Origin: the human T2T-CHM13v2.0 reference genome, Homo sapiens
Assembly (NCBI RefSeq): GCF_009914755.1
Contig: NC_060929.1
Direction: 5' to 3' (one strand)
Length of the DNA: 64,000 nucleotides
Under the pieces are notes generated by a model that saw only the letters and a list, made by a program, of their open reading frames with translations, was not told the DNA's origin and searched no databases. Each line of letters starts with the position of its first letter. The stretch's first letter is position 1. Below, piece by piece: positions 14,041 through 28,206 of this stretch. The position numbers and the translations under genes were made by a program.

Positions 14041-14214
14041 AGTGATTTATTTCTCAATAGCCATGATATTATCTCCTTTGCATCCTCCTAGACATTTCTC
14101 AGAGCCTTTACATGTAGGTGGGACCATTTACCTAATACCTGCTATTCACATGTGGCCAAGATATGTCTTCCCTATGCATTGAATTTTCTTGTCTACCATT
14201 ACTTGCAGAGGTCC

Positions 14215-14290
14215 AATAATAAAGGGGTCAATTTCACAAAATATATAAAAATCCTAAGTGTGTATGTACTTGACAACAAAGCATAAAATC
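14215..14290 (+). mobile_element. old L1M ORF2 (endonuclease region) fragment
   Basis: ATAATAAAGGGGTCAATT...AATCCTAAGTGTGTATGTAC..ACAACAAAGC. Confidence 0.55.
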
Positions 14291-14849
14291 ACACAATTAC
14301 ACAGGTATTAAACAATCTGCTCCTGAATGACTTTTGGGTAAAGAATAAAATTAAGGCAGAAATTAACAAATTCTTGGAAACTAATGAAAACAAAGATACA
14401 ATATACCAGAATCTTGGGACACAGCCAAACCAATGGTAAGAGGAAAGTTTATAGCACTAAATGCCTATATCAAAAAGTTAGAAAGATCTCAAATTAACAA
14501 CCTAATATCACACCTACAGGAAATACAAAAACCAGAGTAAGCCAACACCAAACCTAGCAAAAGAAAAGAAATAGCCAAAATCAGAGCTGAACTGAACAAA
14601 ACTGAGATGTGAAAATGCCTATAAAAGATCAATGAAATCAAAAGCTGGTTATTTAAAAGAATAAATAAGTTTGATATACTACTAGCTAGGTTAATTTAAA
14701 GAAGGGAGAAGCTCTCAATAAACACAGTCCGAAATGACATTACTGCCGATCCCATAGAAATACAAACAAACAAACCAAAAAAAAAAAAAAAAAAACTATC
14801 AGAGACAATTATGAATACCTATTTACGCAAACAATAAAAGCTAAAAAAA

Positions 14850-15311
14850 ATGGATAAATTCCTAGAAACATATAACCTATTAAGATTGAATCAGGAAGAA
14901 ATTGAATACCTGAACGGACCAATAATGAGTTCTGGAATTGTATCAGTACCAAAAAGCCTACCAACCAGAAAAATCCCTGGGCCAGATAGATTCACAACTG
15001 AATTCTACCGGATGTATAAAGAAGAGCTGATACCAATCTTACTGATACTATTCCAGAAAATCAAAGCGAGGGGACTCTTTCCTAACTCATTCTATGAGCC
15101 CAGCATCATTCTGATACCAAAACCTGGCAGAGACACTAAGAGAAAGAAAAATTTCATATCCTTGATGAACACATATGCAAAAATTATCATCAAAATACTA
15201 CCAAATAGAATTCGGAAGCACATCAAAAAGCTAATCCACCATGATTATGTAGGCTTTAATTCCTGGGATGCAAAGTTAGTTCAACATACACAAATAAATA
15301 TATGTGACTGA
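14850..15311 (+). pseudogene. L1 ORF2p remnant reading frame (just before and at the start of the RT domain)
   Basis: [45 protein letters not shown] matches L1 ORF2p; frameshifted downstream. Confidence 0.9.
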
Positions 15312-16791
15312 TGTCATACACAACTAAAAACAAAAACCACATGATCATCTCAATAGACTCAGAAAAGGCTTTCAACAAAATTCAACATCACTTCCTGTTT
15401 TAAAAAACAACAAATTAGTCATCAAGGGAACACCTCAAAATAAGAGCCATCTATGATAAAGCCACAGTCATCATCATACTGAACAGACAAAAGGTGAAAG
15501 CATTCCCCTGAGGCCTGAAACAAGACAAAGATGCTCACTCTCACCACTCCTATTCAGTGTAGTACTGGAAGTCCTAGCCAGAGCAATCGCACAAGAGAAA
15601 AAAGTAAAAGGCACCCAAACAGGAAGAGAGAAAGTCAAACAATCTCTCTTTACAGATGACATAATTCTACACCTAGAAAACCCCACAGTCTCTGCCCAAA
15701 GGCTCCTAGACCTAATAACTTCAGTCAAGTTTTAGGATACAAAGTTAATGTTCAAAAATCAGTAGCATTTCTATACACCAGTAATGTCGAAGCTGATAAC
15801 TCAATCAAGAATCTCATTTACAAAAGCCAAAAAAAGAATAAAATACCTAGAAATATAGCTAACCAAGGATGTGACAATGAGAATTACAAATCACTATTGA
15901 CAAAAATCAGAGATGACACAATAAAATAAAAAAGTTCCATGATCCTGAAAAAGAAAAATCAATATGGTTAGAATGGTCATATGGCCAAAAACAATTTACA
16001 GGTTCTATTCTATTCCTATCCAACTGTGAAAGTCATTTTTCACAGAATTAAAATAAACTATTCATAGGGAATCAATAAAGAACCTGAATATCCAAAGCAA
16101 TCCTAAGTGAAAAGAACGAAGCTAGAGAAATCATACTACCCAACACCAATCTATACTACAGAGCTACAGTAACCAAAACAGCATGATATTGGTACAAAAA
16201 ACGGATACATAGACTAACTGAACAGGTTAGAGAACCCAGAAATAAAGGCCCATAACTTCAACCATTTGACCATCAACAATTACAAACACAGGGGAAAGGA
16301 CTCCCTATTTAACAAATGTTGCTGGGATAACTGGCTAGCCATATGAAGAAGACTGAAATTAAAACCATTATTTACACCATATACAAAAATCAATTCAACA
16401 TGTTTTAAAGACTTAAAAGTGAAACCTAAATCTGTAAAAACCCTAGAAGAAAATCTGGGAAATACTATTCTAGACATATGCCTTGGCATAGATTTCATCA
16501 TGAAGGCTCCAAAAGCAACTGCAGCAAAAACAAAAATAGACAAGTAGGACCTAATTAAACTGAAAAGCTTCTGCACAGCGAAATAAACTACCAACAGAGT
16601 AAACAGAAATCTACAGAAAGGGAAAAAAATTACAAACTATGCATTCAACAAAGGTCTAATATCCATAATCTATAAGGAACTTAAATCAACAAACAAAAAA
16701 CAGCTTTATTAAAAAAAATTGCAAAGGATATGAACAGACACTTCTCAAAAGAAGACACACATGTGGCCAACAAGCATATGAAAAAATGCTT

Positions 16792-17122
<331 letters not shown>

Positions 17123-17754
17123 TGATCAACATCACTAATCATTAGGGAAATGCAAATGCAAATCAAAAGCACAGTGAGACACCATCTCACACCAGTTAGG
17201 ATGTGTTTATTTAAAAAATAAACAGATGTTGGTGAGGTTGCAGACAAAAGGGAATGCTTATACATTGCTGGTAGGAATATAAATTAATTCACCCGCTGTG
17301 GATAGCACTTTGGAGACTTCTCAAACAACTTAAAACAAAACTACCATTTGACTCAGCAATGCCATTACTGGGAATATACCCAAAAGAATATAAATTATTC
17401 TATGATAAAGACATGTGCATGCCTATGTTCATCGCAGCACTTTTCACAATAGCAAAGACATAGAATCAACCTAGATGTCCATTAATAGTGGGCTGGATAA
17501 AGAAAATTAGGTACATATACACCATGGACTACTATGCAGCCATAAAAGAATGGAATTGTGTCCTTTGCAGCAACATGAATGCAGCTGGGGGCCATTATCT
17601 TCAGCAAATAAATCCAGGAACAGAAAACATGTTTGACTCTGAAGTGGAAGCTAAACATTGAGAATGCATGGACACAAAGAGGGGAACAATAGAGATCAGG
17701 GCTTACTTGAGGTTGGAGGCTAGGAGGAGAGTAAAGATAAAAAAATTACCTATC

Positions 17755-18073
<319 letters not shown>

Positions 18074-18229
18074 CTATCAAGTACTATATACTATGCTCAC
18101 TACCTGGGTGATAAAATCATTTGTACACAAACCCACAGAAACACACTATTTGCCCATGTAACAAACCTGCACATGTACCCACCCCAACCTAAAATAAATG
18201 TTTCAAGAAAACAAAGATCCTTAACACAA

Positions 18230-18563
18230 CCGAAGTCCAAATCTGATTGTTTAAAAAAGATAACTAACATTGTTAAACATATATCCAGGCTAACAAAAGA
18301 AAAAGGGAGAGAGAAAGAGAAGAGAGAAAACACAAATCCTGCATATCAGAAATAAAAGAGAGGTCATTACTATTTCTCCCAATGTTATTATTTCAATGAT
18401 AAAAAAGAAATATTATGAACAACTCTATGACAAAAAATTTAAAATCAGATGAAATGAACCAATTCTTTGAAAGACACAACTTATAAAAATTACAAAAATA
18501 GTAATAGATTACCTGAAGAGCTCTATAAATCAATAATTAAATCTTTCCAAAAATGTAAACCAC
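18230..18563 (+). mobile_element. old L1M ORF2 fragment
   Basis: ATATCAGAAATAAAAGAGAGGTCATTACTA...TATTATGAACAACTCTATG...GATGAAATGAACCAATTCTTTGAAAGACACAAC. Confidence 0.8.
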
Positions 18564-18564
18564 C

Positions 18565-18960
18565 ACTTCTGATTTTCAGTACGGCATATAGGAAACTTAA
18601 AAGTTTTCACTCCATTCAAACGACAAATTAAAAGCTGAACAAAAAGAAAAATCAACAACTTTTCTTCAGAAAAGTTTTCAGAAAAATGAGGTCACGGGGC
18701 AAACAGCTGTTCCAAAAATTGGAGAGATAGACATGTGGATACAGAGAGTCACAAATTACCAGAGCAGAAACTCATTAACAGAAACTGTTGCAGAAACCAA
18801 TGCTGGGGCACAAAAACCTGAAACTGTAATTGATGATTTGCTGAAGGCCCAGTCTGGACAAGCTAAGAGGTAAAAGCTCCCTGGGGACTCAGTTATAGGT
18901 GGCCTAACACTCCTGTTTTATCATCAGGAGCTCTTCCAGGTCATCATAGCAGATATTAGA
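18565..18960 (+). mobile_element. L1MC/L1MD 5'-end (5'UTR) fragment
   Basis: AAAGCTGAACAAA..GAAAAATCAACAACTTTTCTT..GAGGTCACGGGGCAAAC..GGAGAGA resembles the L1MCa/MDa 5' end. Confidence 0.65.
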
Positions 18961-19029
18961 AAAACAACAACAACAACAAAAACAAATAAGCAAAAAAAAA
19001 AAAAAAAAAAAAACCTAAAATGCAGACAA

Positions 19030-19620
19030 TTTCCAAATAATTTTCTGCTCTCAAGCAGTATGGACTGCTCATATTTCCTTCTAAAGACTACAGTATGGAA
19101 AACGGGAAAAAGAGTAATTTTACAGTAAAGAAACCTGACAAACATTACCTCAGCCAAGCATCAACAGTGATCAGTCATATGAATAGTAAGTGCCCTTAAT
19201 ATGATGTGGTGAAACTGGCATATACCTATGTGCTCATTCTCCAGTAAATCCACTCCAATCATGAGAAGACCATTAGACAAATCCTTATTTAGGGGCATTC
19301 TGCAAAATACTTGTACAGTACTCCTCAAGGTTGTCAAAGTCATTACACAAAGAAAAATCTGATGAATTTTCAGAGTCAAGAGGAGCCGAAGGAGACATGA
19401 CAAGTCAATGTGATCATGGGATAGAAACAGAACATGAGGTAAAAACTAAGAAAATCCGAGTATAGTCTTAAATTAATAATAATTATAGCAAATGAACCAC
19501 ACTTGGAAGAATATGTTAATAATATAGGAAACTAGGTTTAGGCTTATAAGAACTTTCTTATCTTCTCACAGTTCTCTATAAATCTAAAACTGTTTTAAAA
19601 TTAAAATTCCTTAAAAAAAG
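19030..19620 (+). mobile_element. L1MC/L1MD 3'UTR
   Basis: TACAGTAAAGAAACCTGACAAACATTACCTCAGCC...GGGCATTCTGCAAAATAC...AAATCTAAAACTGTTTTAAAA. Confidence 0.8.
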
Positions 19621-19960
19621 GAAGTACGACAGGAAAATACAGAAGTGGCAATGTAGGTGACTATTTCCAATATAATTGCATAATTAAGAAATTGTGTAAT
19701 CATCCCATAATAAGAAATTATGGTTATTTAAGAATAATATAAAATAAAATATTTGTAGTATTTTATCTTTATTTTAAAAATCTCTATTAAGTTGCTAGGA
19801 CATGTTTATTAAGCTGTTTGAACCCAAATACTTATAAAGGAAAATTTTAGCATGTTACTTTTTTCTAGTCACACTTTAAAAAAATGATTGAGACAGTAAG
19901 GGAACCATAAACTAGATAGTTTGGAAACATCTTCCCTCATTGGAATACATGGCCCTAGAA

Positions 19961-20525
19961 CAGTGGTTCTCAAAGTGTCCTCCAGGCACCTCTGGGAATC
20001 CCCAGTGCTCTTTCAGTACCCTGAATGGGTAAGCTATTTTAAAATTAATACTGAGATGTTAAAATCTTGCTTTAACTTTTCAAAATTATTTTAAATATAT
20101 TTAATTTTAAGTAATACTCAAGTATTTTAAAACTTATTCTCTGAAAATGCACAGCACAGTGTTCCAAATGCTACATGACATGAGATACTGAAAATTAACG
20201 AATGCAGAGGCAGATATCTGAATGTAGCTGTCATCTGCCAAGCTAGACACTAAAGAGACTTGCAACAATGTGAAACAATGTCACTCTTCTCACCAATTTT
20301 CTTTGCTGAAAAATATAGTTTTAAAAATATTAATTACACTAATATGTAATGAATTTATTACTGTTTTTAAGTGGAGTAAATAAATATCTCTAAAATTGAA
20401 TCTTTAAATTTTTACTATAGTAAATATCAATTGATATAACTTATTTAAATGAAAGACCTTGTGATTCTTAATAATTCTCAGAAATGGAAAGGCTCCTGAG
20501 ACTAAAATCTTTGAGGACTTCACTG
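19961..20525 (+). mobile_element. hAT DNA transposon (Charlie1b-like) inserted in an MLT1-like LTR relic
   Basis: TIRs CAGTGGTTCTCAAA ... TTTGAGGACTTCACTG; internal GAATGCAGAGGCAGATAT..AAGCTAGACACTAAAGAGA; MLT1-like flank at 20526-20640. Confidence 0.8.
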
Positions 20526-21732
20526 TGGATGACTGCAGAGTCATAGATCAAAGATACAGGAGTCCCTGGGTAACAGCATGTAGCAGAGATGCACTTGCTG
20601 CTATGCAACATTACCTGAGCAAATTTGTCTTTCAAATTTGGATCTACACATGTATCAGAGGAACAGTGTAGCTGCTCTTCAATATTCCAAAAGCAGTTTC
20701 TGAATTTCCATCTCCATTCTATTATTACTTTTAACCAAGTTCAGCATTTCTGGCACTGAATGAAAAAGATCTTAACAGCAGGTGTGATGTTAAAAAAAAA
20801 TTAAGCTTACATTTCAAGGCATATCAATTTAATTTCTTTGCTTCAGGTTCTAGTAAATGAATCTGTATGTCTGCAAACAACTATTAGTTTATAATAAGTC
20901 TCAGTATATTGACAGAACTATCTGCAAAGTACAGTATTCATGATATCCTTTGTTGATGCAGTTTTTTTTTAAAAAAAACTTAGTCTGTGTCCTGCTATTT
21001 TGTTTGGAAATCATATATATGGATGTGACATTCTACTTCCAAAATAATTTCTTGCATGTTCTGTATGTTGTCTGTCATTAAAAAACAAGAAAAAAAACCT
21101 CTTTTATATTTGGAGATAAATATTTATATTTTGCTTTCTAAACACCTATATAAATAATATTACAAAATACCTTAGGCTCGTCATTCTTAACTCATGCATA
21201 ATTTTTACTTTGATTTTACATGTTTAAATATGACATTTTTTGAGACTGCACCTCATGTTGAAACTTCCTGAAAGTACTTACAAAATTAAATTGGTATGAC
21301 AACACAAGTCACCCTTAATAACTTAAAAAATAATAATGATCAGACATTACACAACCACATTCTATGAAAACACAAACCCTCCAGAAACCCTTTACTGTAT
21401 ATGTTTTTATGAACCTAACACTCCCCTAATCTATGACAGTAAGAATGTAATGAACATGTTGTTCTTGAAGTACATATGGGCTAATGGACCTAATAGGAGA
21501 ATGAGCTAGATAAGGAATTGTATTTCAAAATTAGTTGTTTCTTGATAAACTAAGCTTTCTCTACCTTGCTTTTTGTAAGTATGAGCCAGTTTAGAAAAAA
21601 AGAAAAAAAAAAAGGATCATGCCTTGGCACACTGGCATTAAAATGCTTCATGGTCTCTTAATTCAAATATGACAAAAATTTCAGTTACTTAGAATGTTAG
21701 CATGTAGAACTATAAATAGTCCTCAAGTATAG

Positions 21733-22113
<381 letters not shown>

Positions 22114-22119
22114 TAGACA

Positions 22120-22645
22120 TCTCTTGATATTTGGCTACTCAGGAACTGAACTTTTATCTATTATTAGGAAATTTCAATCCTACCATTGTGAAAGTCAAAC
22201 ATTCAAATGCCATATTCACTTTGAACCTGTCTGCAGTCCAGGACATGGACCCATGGACTCTGGCTTGCCCATCTGACATATCATTCTGGAGCTTTGAATC
22301 TGCACTACTGATGCAGTGAAGCATGGGGAGGGCAGCAGTTGAGGGTCAAGTGAGATGCCAGCAACCTTCAAATTTCAGAGACAAGAGCAGCTATCAGTAA
22401 ACAGCCTGATCTCTAATGTTAGTGACAGTAAGAACACAAATACCTAGTATTCAATAATTACAGCAATATGATTAAATGATGCCATGATCATGGCCGCAAT
22501 CACTCTGCTTAGATTCCCTTTCTTTCTGCTCATTTTATGACTTTGTCTTCAGCATTTTATCAGTTCCATAAGCTAAGAAAATATATTCATTAATTTCTTT
22601 CTGTGCAATTAGCCCAAAGAGGTTCTGTATTTTGTAACTAGGATA
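22120..22645 (+). mobile_element. old ERVL-type LTR remnant
   Basis: 3' end TTAATTTCTTTCTGTGCAATTAGCCCAAAGAGGTTCTGTATTTTGTAACTAGGA resembles ERVL LTR termini; family uncertain. Confidence 0.45.
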
Positions 22646-23201
22646 CTTATATGCTATAAAGAAATTGATTGCACCAGAATTTTAGAATTATTTTCTTAGA
22701 TGTGAATTTTTTATATTAATTTTGTCTAGAAATCTGCATATGCCTTACTGTATTAATGTTGGATCATGTTTTCTTATGCTATAATTGAGACTTTCATATT
22801 TCCACAATGTATTTTATAAGTTCTGTGTATTGGGACATCTTTTCTTCCCCCATTTTCATATTTCTCATTGTACCAAAGTAAAAGAAAATTATATGACATT
22901 TATTGAACATCTGATGTAAGCAAGGTATTGTGCTCGATGATACAATTCTATCAGACGTTATAATTTATTTTGGATGACATGATTCTATAAAATATGTCCT
23001 GACTTCAAGAGGCTTTTATATACTGTTGAGACAACTGTACAACAGGATAGTATAACACTAGACATGTCACAAAAGCAGGTTAGTGTTGCAAATAATTTAT
23101 ATACCTATTCTATTGTAGTCTCAAAGTCAAATAAATTAGAATATTTTATGACAACCCTGTCAAATTATAATCACTAAAGATTATATAAAATGCACACATG
23201 C

Positions 23202-23484
23202 GGCTGGGCGCTGTGTCTCAAACCTGTAATCCCAGCACTTTGAGAGGCTAAGTCAGGTGGATCACCTGAGGTCGGGAGTTCAAGACCAGCAACACCAACA
23301 TGGAGAAACCCCATCTCTACTAAAAATACAAAATCAGCTGGGCATGGTGGCACATGCCTGTAGTTTCAGCTACTGGGGAGGTTAAGGGAGGAAAATTGCT
23401 TGAACCCAACCCGGAAGGCGGAGGTTGCAGTGAGCCGAGATGGCGCCATTGTACTCCAGGCTGGGGAACAAGAGTGGAACTCCG

Positions 23485-23516
<32 letters not shown>
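23202..23516 (+). mobile_element. AluSp
   Basis: GTCGGGAGTT, CATGGAGAAACC, AACAAGAG; TSD ~AAAA-GC(A/G)CACATGC; A28 tail. Confidence 0.95.
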
Positions 23517-23518
<2 letters not shown>

Positions 23519-26057
23519 GCACATGCACACACATATAATATAGATAATATAAACAAATAAAAAAGCACTGGCCCCATAATTGTGAGTTTCCTATTTTTCT
23601 CCTTTCCTCTGAATGTAAAACTTCTACTTTTTTTGCAATAAAATTGCATGGAATAAACTTTTCTGCATGCTTTCACACTTGTATAGAATTTCTACTTAGC
23701 CACAGTTTTGTCATAGGCAGCTACTCTAACACTAATACATCTGCCAGGGAAAATTTCAAGACTAAAAAAAAAATTGTATGAGAATTTATAGCAAATAACC
23801 ATGGGAAGATGCATCTGTACATTTAACATTTGACACATTTTCTCATCTGAGGTTAATATACACAAACAAAAAATTATATTATAAATGAGAAATTAGAAAT
23901 ATATCAAGTATTTTAATGTTAACATTAAATGGCAAAGCAAATATAATCATCATACAGTTCTACAATAGTATACATATGTTTATCTGTATAGTCTTAATAG
24001 TAAAATGTGAAATTTAATTTTTTCTAATAGGTTTTAAATAGGGTTTTGAACTCCTGGAAAGGTGTAAATAGCCTTCACTAGTTTATCTCAATAGATAATA
24101 GATTGCTATAGAAAAGGGACTACTCTAGATTATTGTAATAATAGATTATTATAATGATAGATCGCTATAACAAATTATAATAGAGCTTACATGTTTACCT
24201 AAGAAAAACTGTATCTTTTGATTTGGAGAAAATAAACAGGTTAATAGATTCTATTTCCTTATAATTTACATAATAAAGCAGCACTTTGAATTTTCTTAAG
24301 CTCTTATTAGAATTCTTTTGTAGAAATAAACATCAGATGCAATTTATTAAATTATTTATGTATGTTTATTTCAAGAACATTAATATGATCATGTACTGCC
24401 AGAAAAAATTACTTTTTTTGATAGTTAGTACATTTTGAATAATTTGGCATTGTTTAAAGAGTGAATTTTCAAAATAAAATGCTCATAATTATTCCAGGGG
24501 AGAGTAGCTTAAAGCATTGCAAGTAGCTAATAAAATGTTTTTCAGTAGCAAAATATATGCTGTACACATTAATGGAATTTTTTATTTAAAGAAAATATTT
24601 TTCTCTATATTATATAGATTTCATTCTATTTTATTTATGTGAATTTTATACATAATGTATTTTAGAAAGTAAAGGTAATAAAAATGTTTCGATCATTAAG
24701 CCATATTTACTAAATCAGTAATTCTGAAGTATATTGTCAAACATAGAAAATATGAAACTCAGTTCATGTATGATAATAACAAAAATGTAACTACAATCCT
24801 CACTATTAAAATTATACTTCTATCATTAGACTTTGTACTAACTTCTAGAAAGACAAAAGAGACTATCTTAACAACAACCCACGGGGCTTAAAGGAATGGA
24901 CACTTAAACCATCTCTGCTAGTCAGTTTTCCATATTGAACAAAATGTAGAACATAATGAAATACCCGATTGGATGAGTGATGACAATTTTAATGTTTTTA
25001 GTTGGTTCATCTTAGTGGAAAGTTAACTATTTAGATAGACAACAATTCCTCAATTCTTATTCCATTATATAACAAAAAGACTCTAGGCTTTGGGAAGTTT
25101 GGCTGGGTGAGCCCGAAGAGTACCATGTTTTGTAAAAATGTATATTAATTAATGATTATTTATTGAATATATTGTGAACCAAAAACTCTAATAGTAGTTG
25201 TATTAAGTAGGTTTTCCATATCAAATACTTTGCCTAATAAGCTGAAAAACATATGCCAACTAATTTCAATCTACTATGAAGCTTGAATAAAATTGGGCGT
25301 AAAATATGAAGATGAGGAACATTTTATATTAGGTACCTGAACTTAAAAATATTGTTAAAAAGGAGGAGAGGAAAAGCCAGTCACATTAAATGAATCTATG
25401 AACTTCCTATGCTGTGGTTTCTTTATTTCTTCATTGTTCTATTAATGTGTTATTATTAGTTTGTAAAATAAAAATGCTGTCCAATAACTTTACCATTATA
25501 TTTTATCTTGTTTTAATAACGACTCCTTTTCAACCTTGGAAAATGTTTGTCAGATTTAAAAATCACTGACCTAAACCCTACAGAAGGAATAGTTTTGCCA
25601 ACATTTCTTGAGCAAACTTTCTGAGAAGAAATACAAATATATCTACTAGACATTTTAGCTGCTCTTATTCACAGTTGAATTCCAGGCCATGTAGGCAATT
25701 AAATAGTAGTGGGACAAAGAAAATTGAATTTGGAGTGAGGGTTGAAAATATTTTCATTGTACTTTTGACTACCTTGAAGTTATGTATGCAAAATATCACT
25801 ATTATTTCTTAGTTTTGGTGAAATATGCTTTTCATGGTAATGTTTATTTTAATAAGACTCTACCTTTGTTTCAATTCCACAAACTAATGGTCAAGTCAAG
25901 CATTTTAGTGAGACTTTCTTTCTTTTCTTTTGAAGTAATAAAGTGAATATCACAAGATTATGATTTCATTATGTTTTAAATTTAGGGATTGCATTTATCT
26001 CATTATGTGGCTCTTCTAGCCACAGTGAGAGAAAATAGTGTGGGCTATATCACAAAC

Positions 26058-26808
26058 TCTATTAGTCCATTCTTGCATTGCTATAAATACTTGAGACTAG
26101 GTAATTTATAAAAAGAAAAAAAAAGGTTTATAGCTGGGAGTCGTGGCCCGCACCTGTGGTCCCAGGTACTCAGGAAGCTGAGGCATTAGAATTGCTTGAA
26201 CCTGGCAGGCAGTTTGCAGTGAGCCCAGATGGTGCCACTGTACTCCTGCCTGGGAAACAGAGTGAGACTCTGTCTCAAAAAAAAAGAAGAAAAAACAAGC
26301 AAAAAAAAAAAGCAAGAAAGCAAGGAAAGAAGGAAGGGAGGGAGCAAAGAGAGAAGGAAGGAAGGAAGGAAGGAAGGAAGGAAGGAAGGAAGGGAGAAGA
26401 GAAGAGAAAAGTGGGGAAGAGGAGGAAGGAAGGAAGGAAAAAGAAAAGAAAAGAAAAGAGGTTTAATTGTCTCACAGTTCTTCACAGGCTTTACAGGAAG
26501 CAAAGCAGCATCTGCTTCTGAGGAGGCCTCAGGGAGCTTTTACTCATTTGGAAGGAGACCCGAAAGCAGGCACATCTCATGGCAAGAACAGAGCAAGAGA
26601 GAGAGAGAAGGTGCCACACACTTTTAAACAACTGATTCTCACTAGAATTCACTCACTCTCTTGAGGAAAGCACCAAGGATATGGTGCTAAACCAGTCATG
26701 AGTAATCCACCTCTATTATCCAATCACCTCCCGCCAGGCTCCACTTCCAATACTGGGGATTACAATTCAACAGAGATTTGGGCGGGGACATATATCCAAA
26801 CTATATCA
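26058..26808 (-). mobile_element. MaLR solo LTR (MSTA-like), interrupted by an Alu arm
   Basis: T(C)TATTAGTCCATTCTTGCATTGCTATAA...GGGGATTACAATTCAAC..CCAAACTATATCA; TSD CAAAC at 26053-26057 and 26809-26813. Confidence 0.9.
26130..26459 (+). mobile_element. 5'-truncated Alu (right arm) with expanded (GGAA)n/(GAAAA)n tail
   Basis: Right monomer 26130-26276, then a ~180-nt purine tail; TSD ~AAAA(G)AGGTTTA on both sides. Confidence 0.9.
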
Positions 26809-28151
26809 CAAACCATCCAGTCTCCTATTGCTAAAACAAATGGAACCATGGTATGCACATGAGTAAATTTATATGGGTAACTGTACAGCAAAAAAAAAAA
26901 AAAAAGAGAGAGAGAGAGCAAACAAATAAATAATAGCCATTAGAGAGTTAAATGAAAAATTCAGAGAGCTTAATTAACATGAGGGATATATAATTAATTA
27001 ATAGAACCCAGAGTATCCCACTCTTCTTATGGATATGTTACCTTCCTATCTCACCAGAGATCAGATGCTGGGAAAATATACAGCAATACCTAAGTAGACA
27101 TAAACGTTTTTTTCACTGATGTACTGTAACCGTTTTCAACAATTGGATATTGACTTACCACCCTTGAATTATATCAGCTCTATCTTATGTTCTGTACAAT
27201 GGAATCAGGTCATATGCATATTTAGCCTGCTTAATTGTAGCAATATGACGGAGAAACATGATATTAAAATGAAGATAGAAGTAGAGATTGAAAGGAAGAG
27301 AGAGAGAAGCAAATAATTTTAAAAAAGGGGGATAGAGTATTTCCTCATTCTAACAAAAACTTGACCTCCATTACTTCCAGAGGGGAAAAAAATCCATGAA
27401 TAAAATGCATATTATTTTAAGAATCTGAAGTTCCAGGTTTTGAAATTGAAGGATTATTTGTGAGATTATCAAGGCTAATTTTGGCTATATGTGATTTTTT
27501 CTACTGGCAGTGTGACTTTACATTGCAATCCAAGAGTAAGAGGGAAATCAATTTTACACAAATTATAAAAAAGGGACAGCCAAGAGTAATCTGTGTTTGA
27601 AAAAGAAAAGCCAGTGGAGAAAGGGGCATATGCCCAATTTCCTATCACATCTCTCAGGGTAGATTAAAGTTCATCCTACAGATTTATTCTGATTATATTT
27701 GTAGTTATGGGCTATTCCTTCATCACTGTCCATTTTTCCTAATTGGCAAGCATTTTTCTCAAGTATCGGACAGTTCCTTTTTAAGTTCAAAAGGCTATAA
27801 GGTTCAGAAAGGATTTACCAAGAGTAGCATGAGATTCAATTCTAAATGTGATTAGAAATGATCCTTAAATGTCGACTTGACTGAATATAATCAGCTTATA
27901 CCACTGAAAAATGTGTGTTCTGTTCTGTCATCCTTCTTATATTTGACAAGGTCAATAATACCAAAGCTGCAGAGTCAAGATAGCTATTTTTTTTTTTTTT
28001 GCCTGAACTATATAAAGGACCATTAGGGGAAAAAAGGCAAAATATGATTGATTTGGAAAAAATGAATAAAACCTGTTTTAGTATTAAATTAAAAACCTTT
28101 CCAAAAGCTGAAATGTTTATAATGAATACATAATAATGAAAGAAAAGAACC

Positions 28152-28206
28152 ATATATATACATTATATATATTATATATACATATATACATTATATATGT
28201 ATATAT
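28152..28206. repeat. (TA)n-rich microsatellite
   Basis: Direct reading. Confidence 0.85.

Noticed and set aside
14850-15311. Longest ORF (153 aa) as a functional gene
   Set aside because: It is a fragment of a decayed L1 ORF2 surrounded by stops and frameshifts.
24090-24185. Short repeated ATAATAGATT..TATA units as a CRISPR-like array
   Set aside because: Degenerate AT-rich low-complexity repeats with no regular spacers, in eukaryotic DNA with no cas genes.
26156-26627. K/R/E-rich and F/L/S/P-rich ORFs
   Set aside because: They arise from the GGAA/GAAAA Alu-tail repeat.
27158-27230. Minus-strand donor GTG|GTAAGT
   Set aside because: No convincing acceptor; such motifs are expected by chance in 64 kb.
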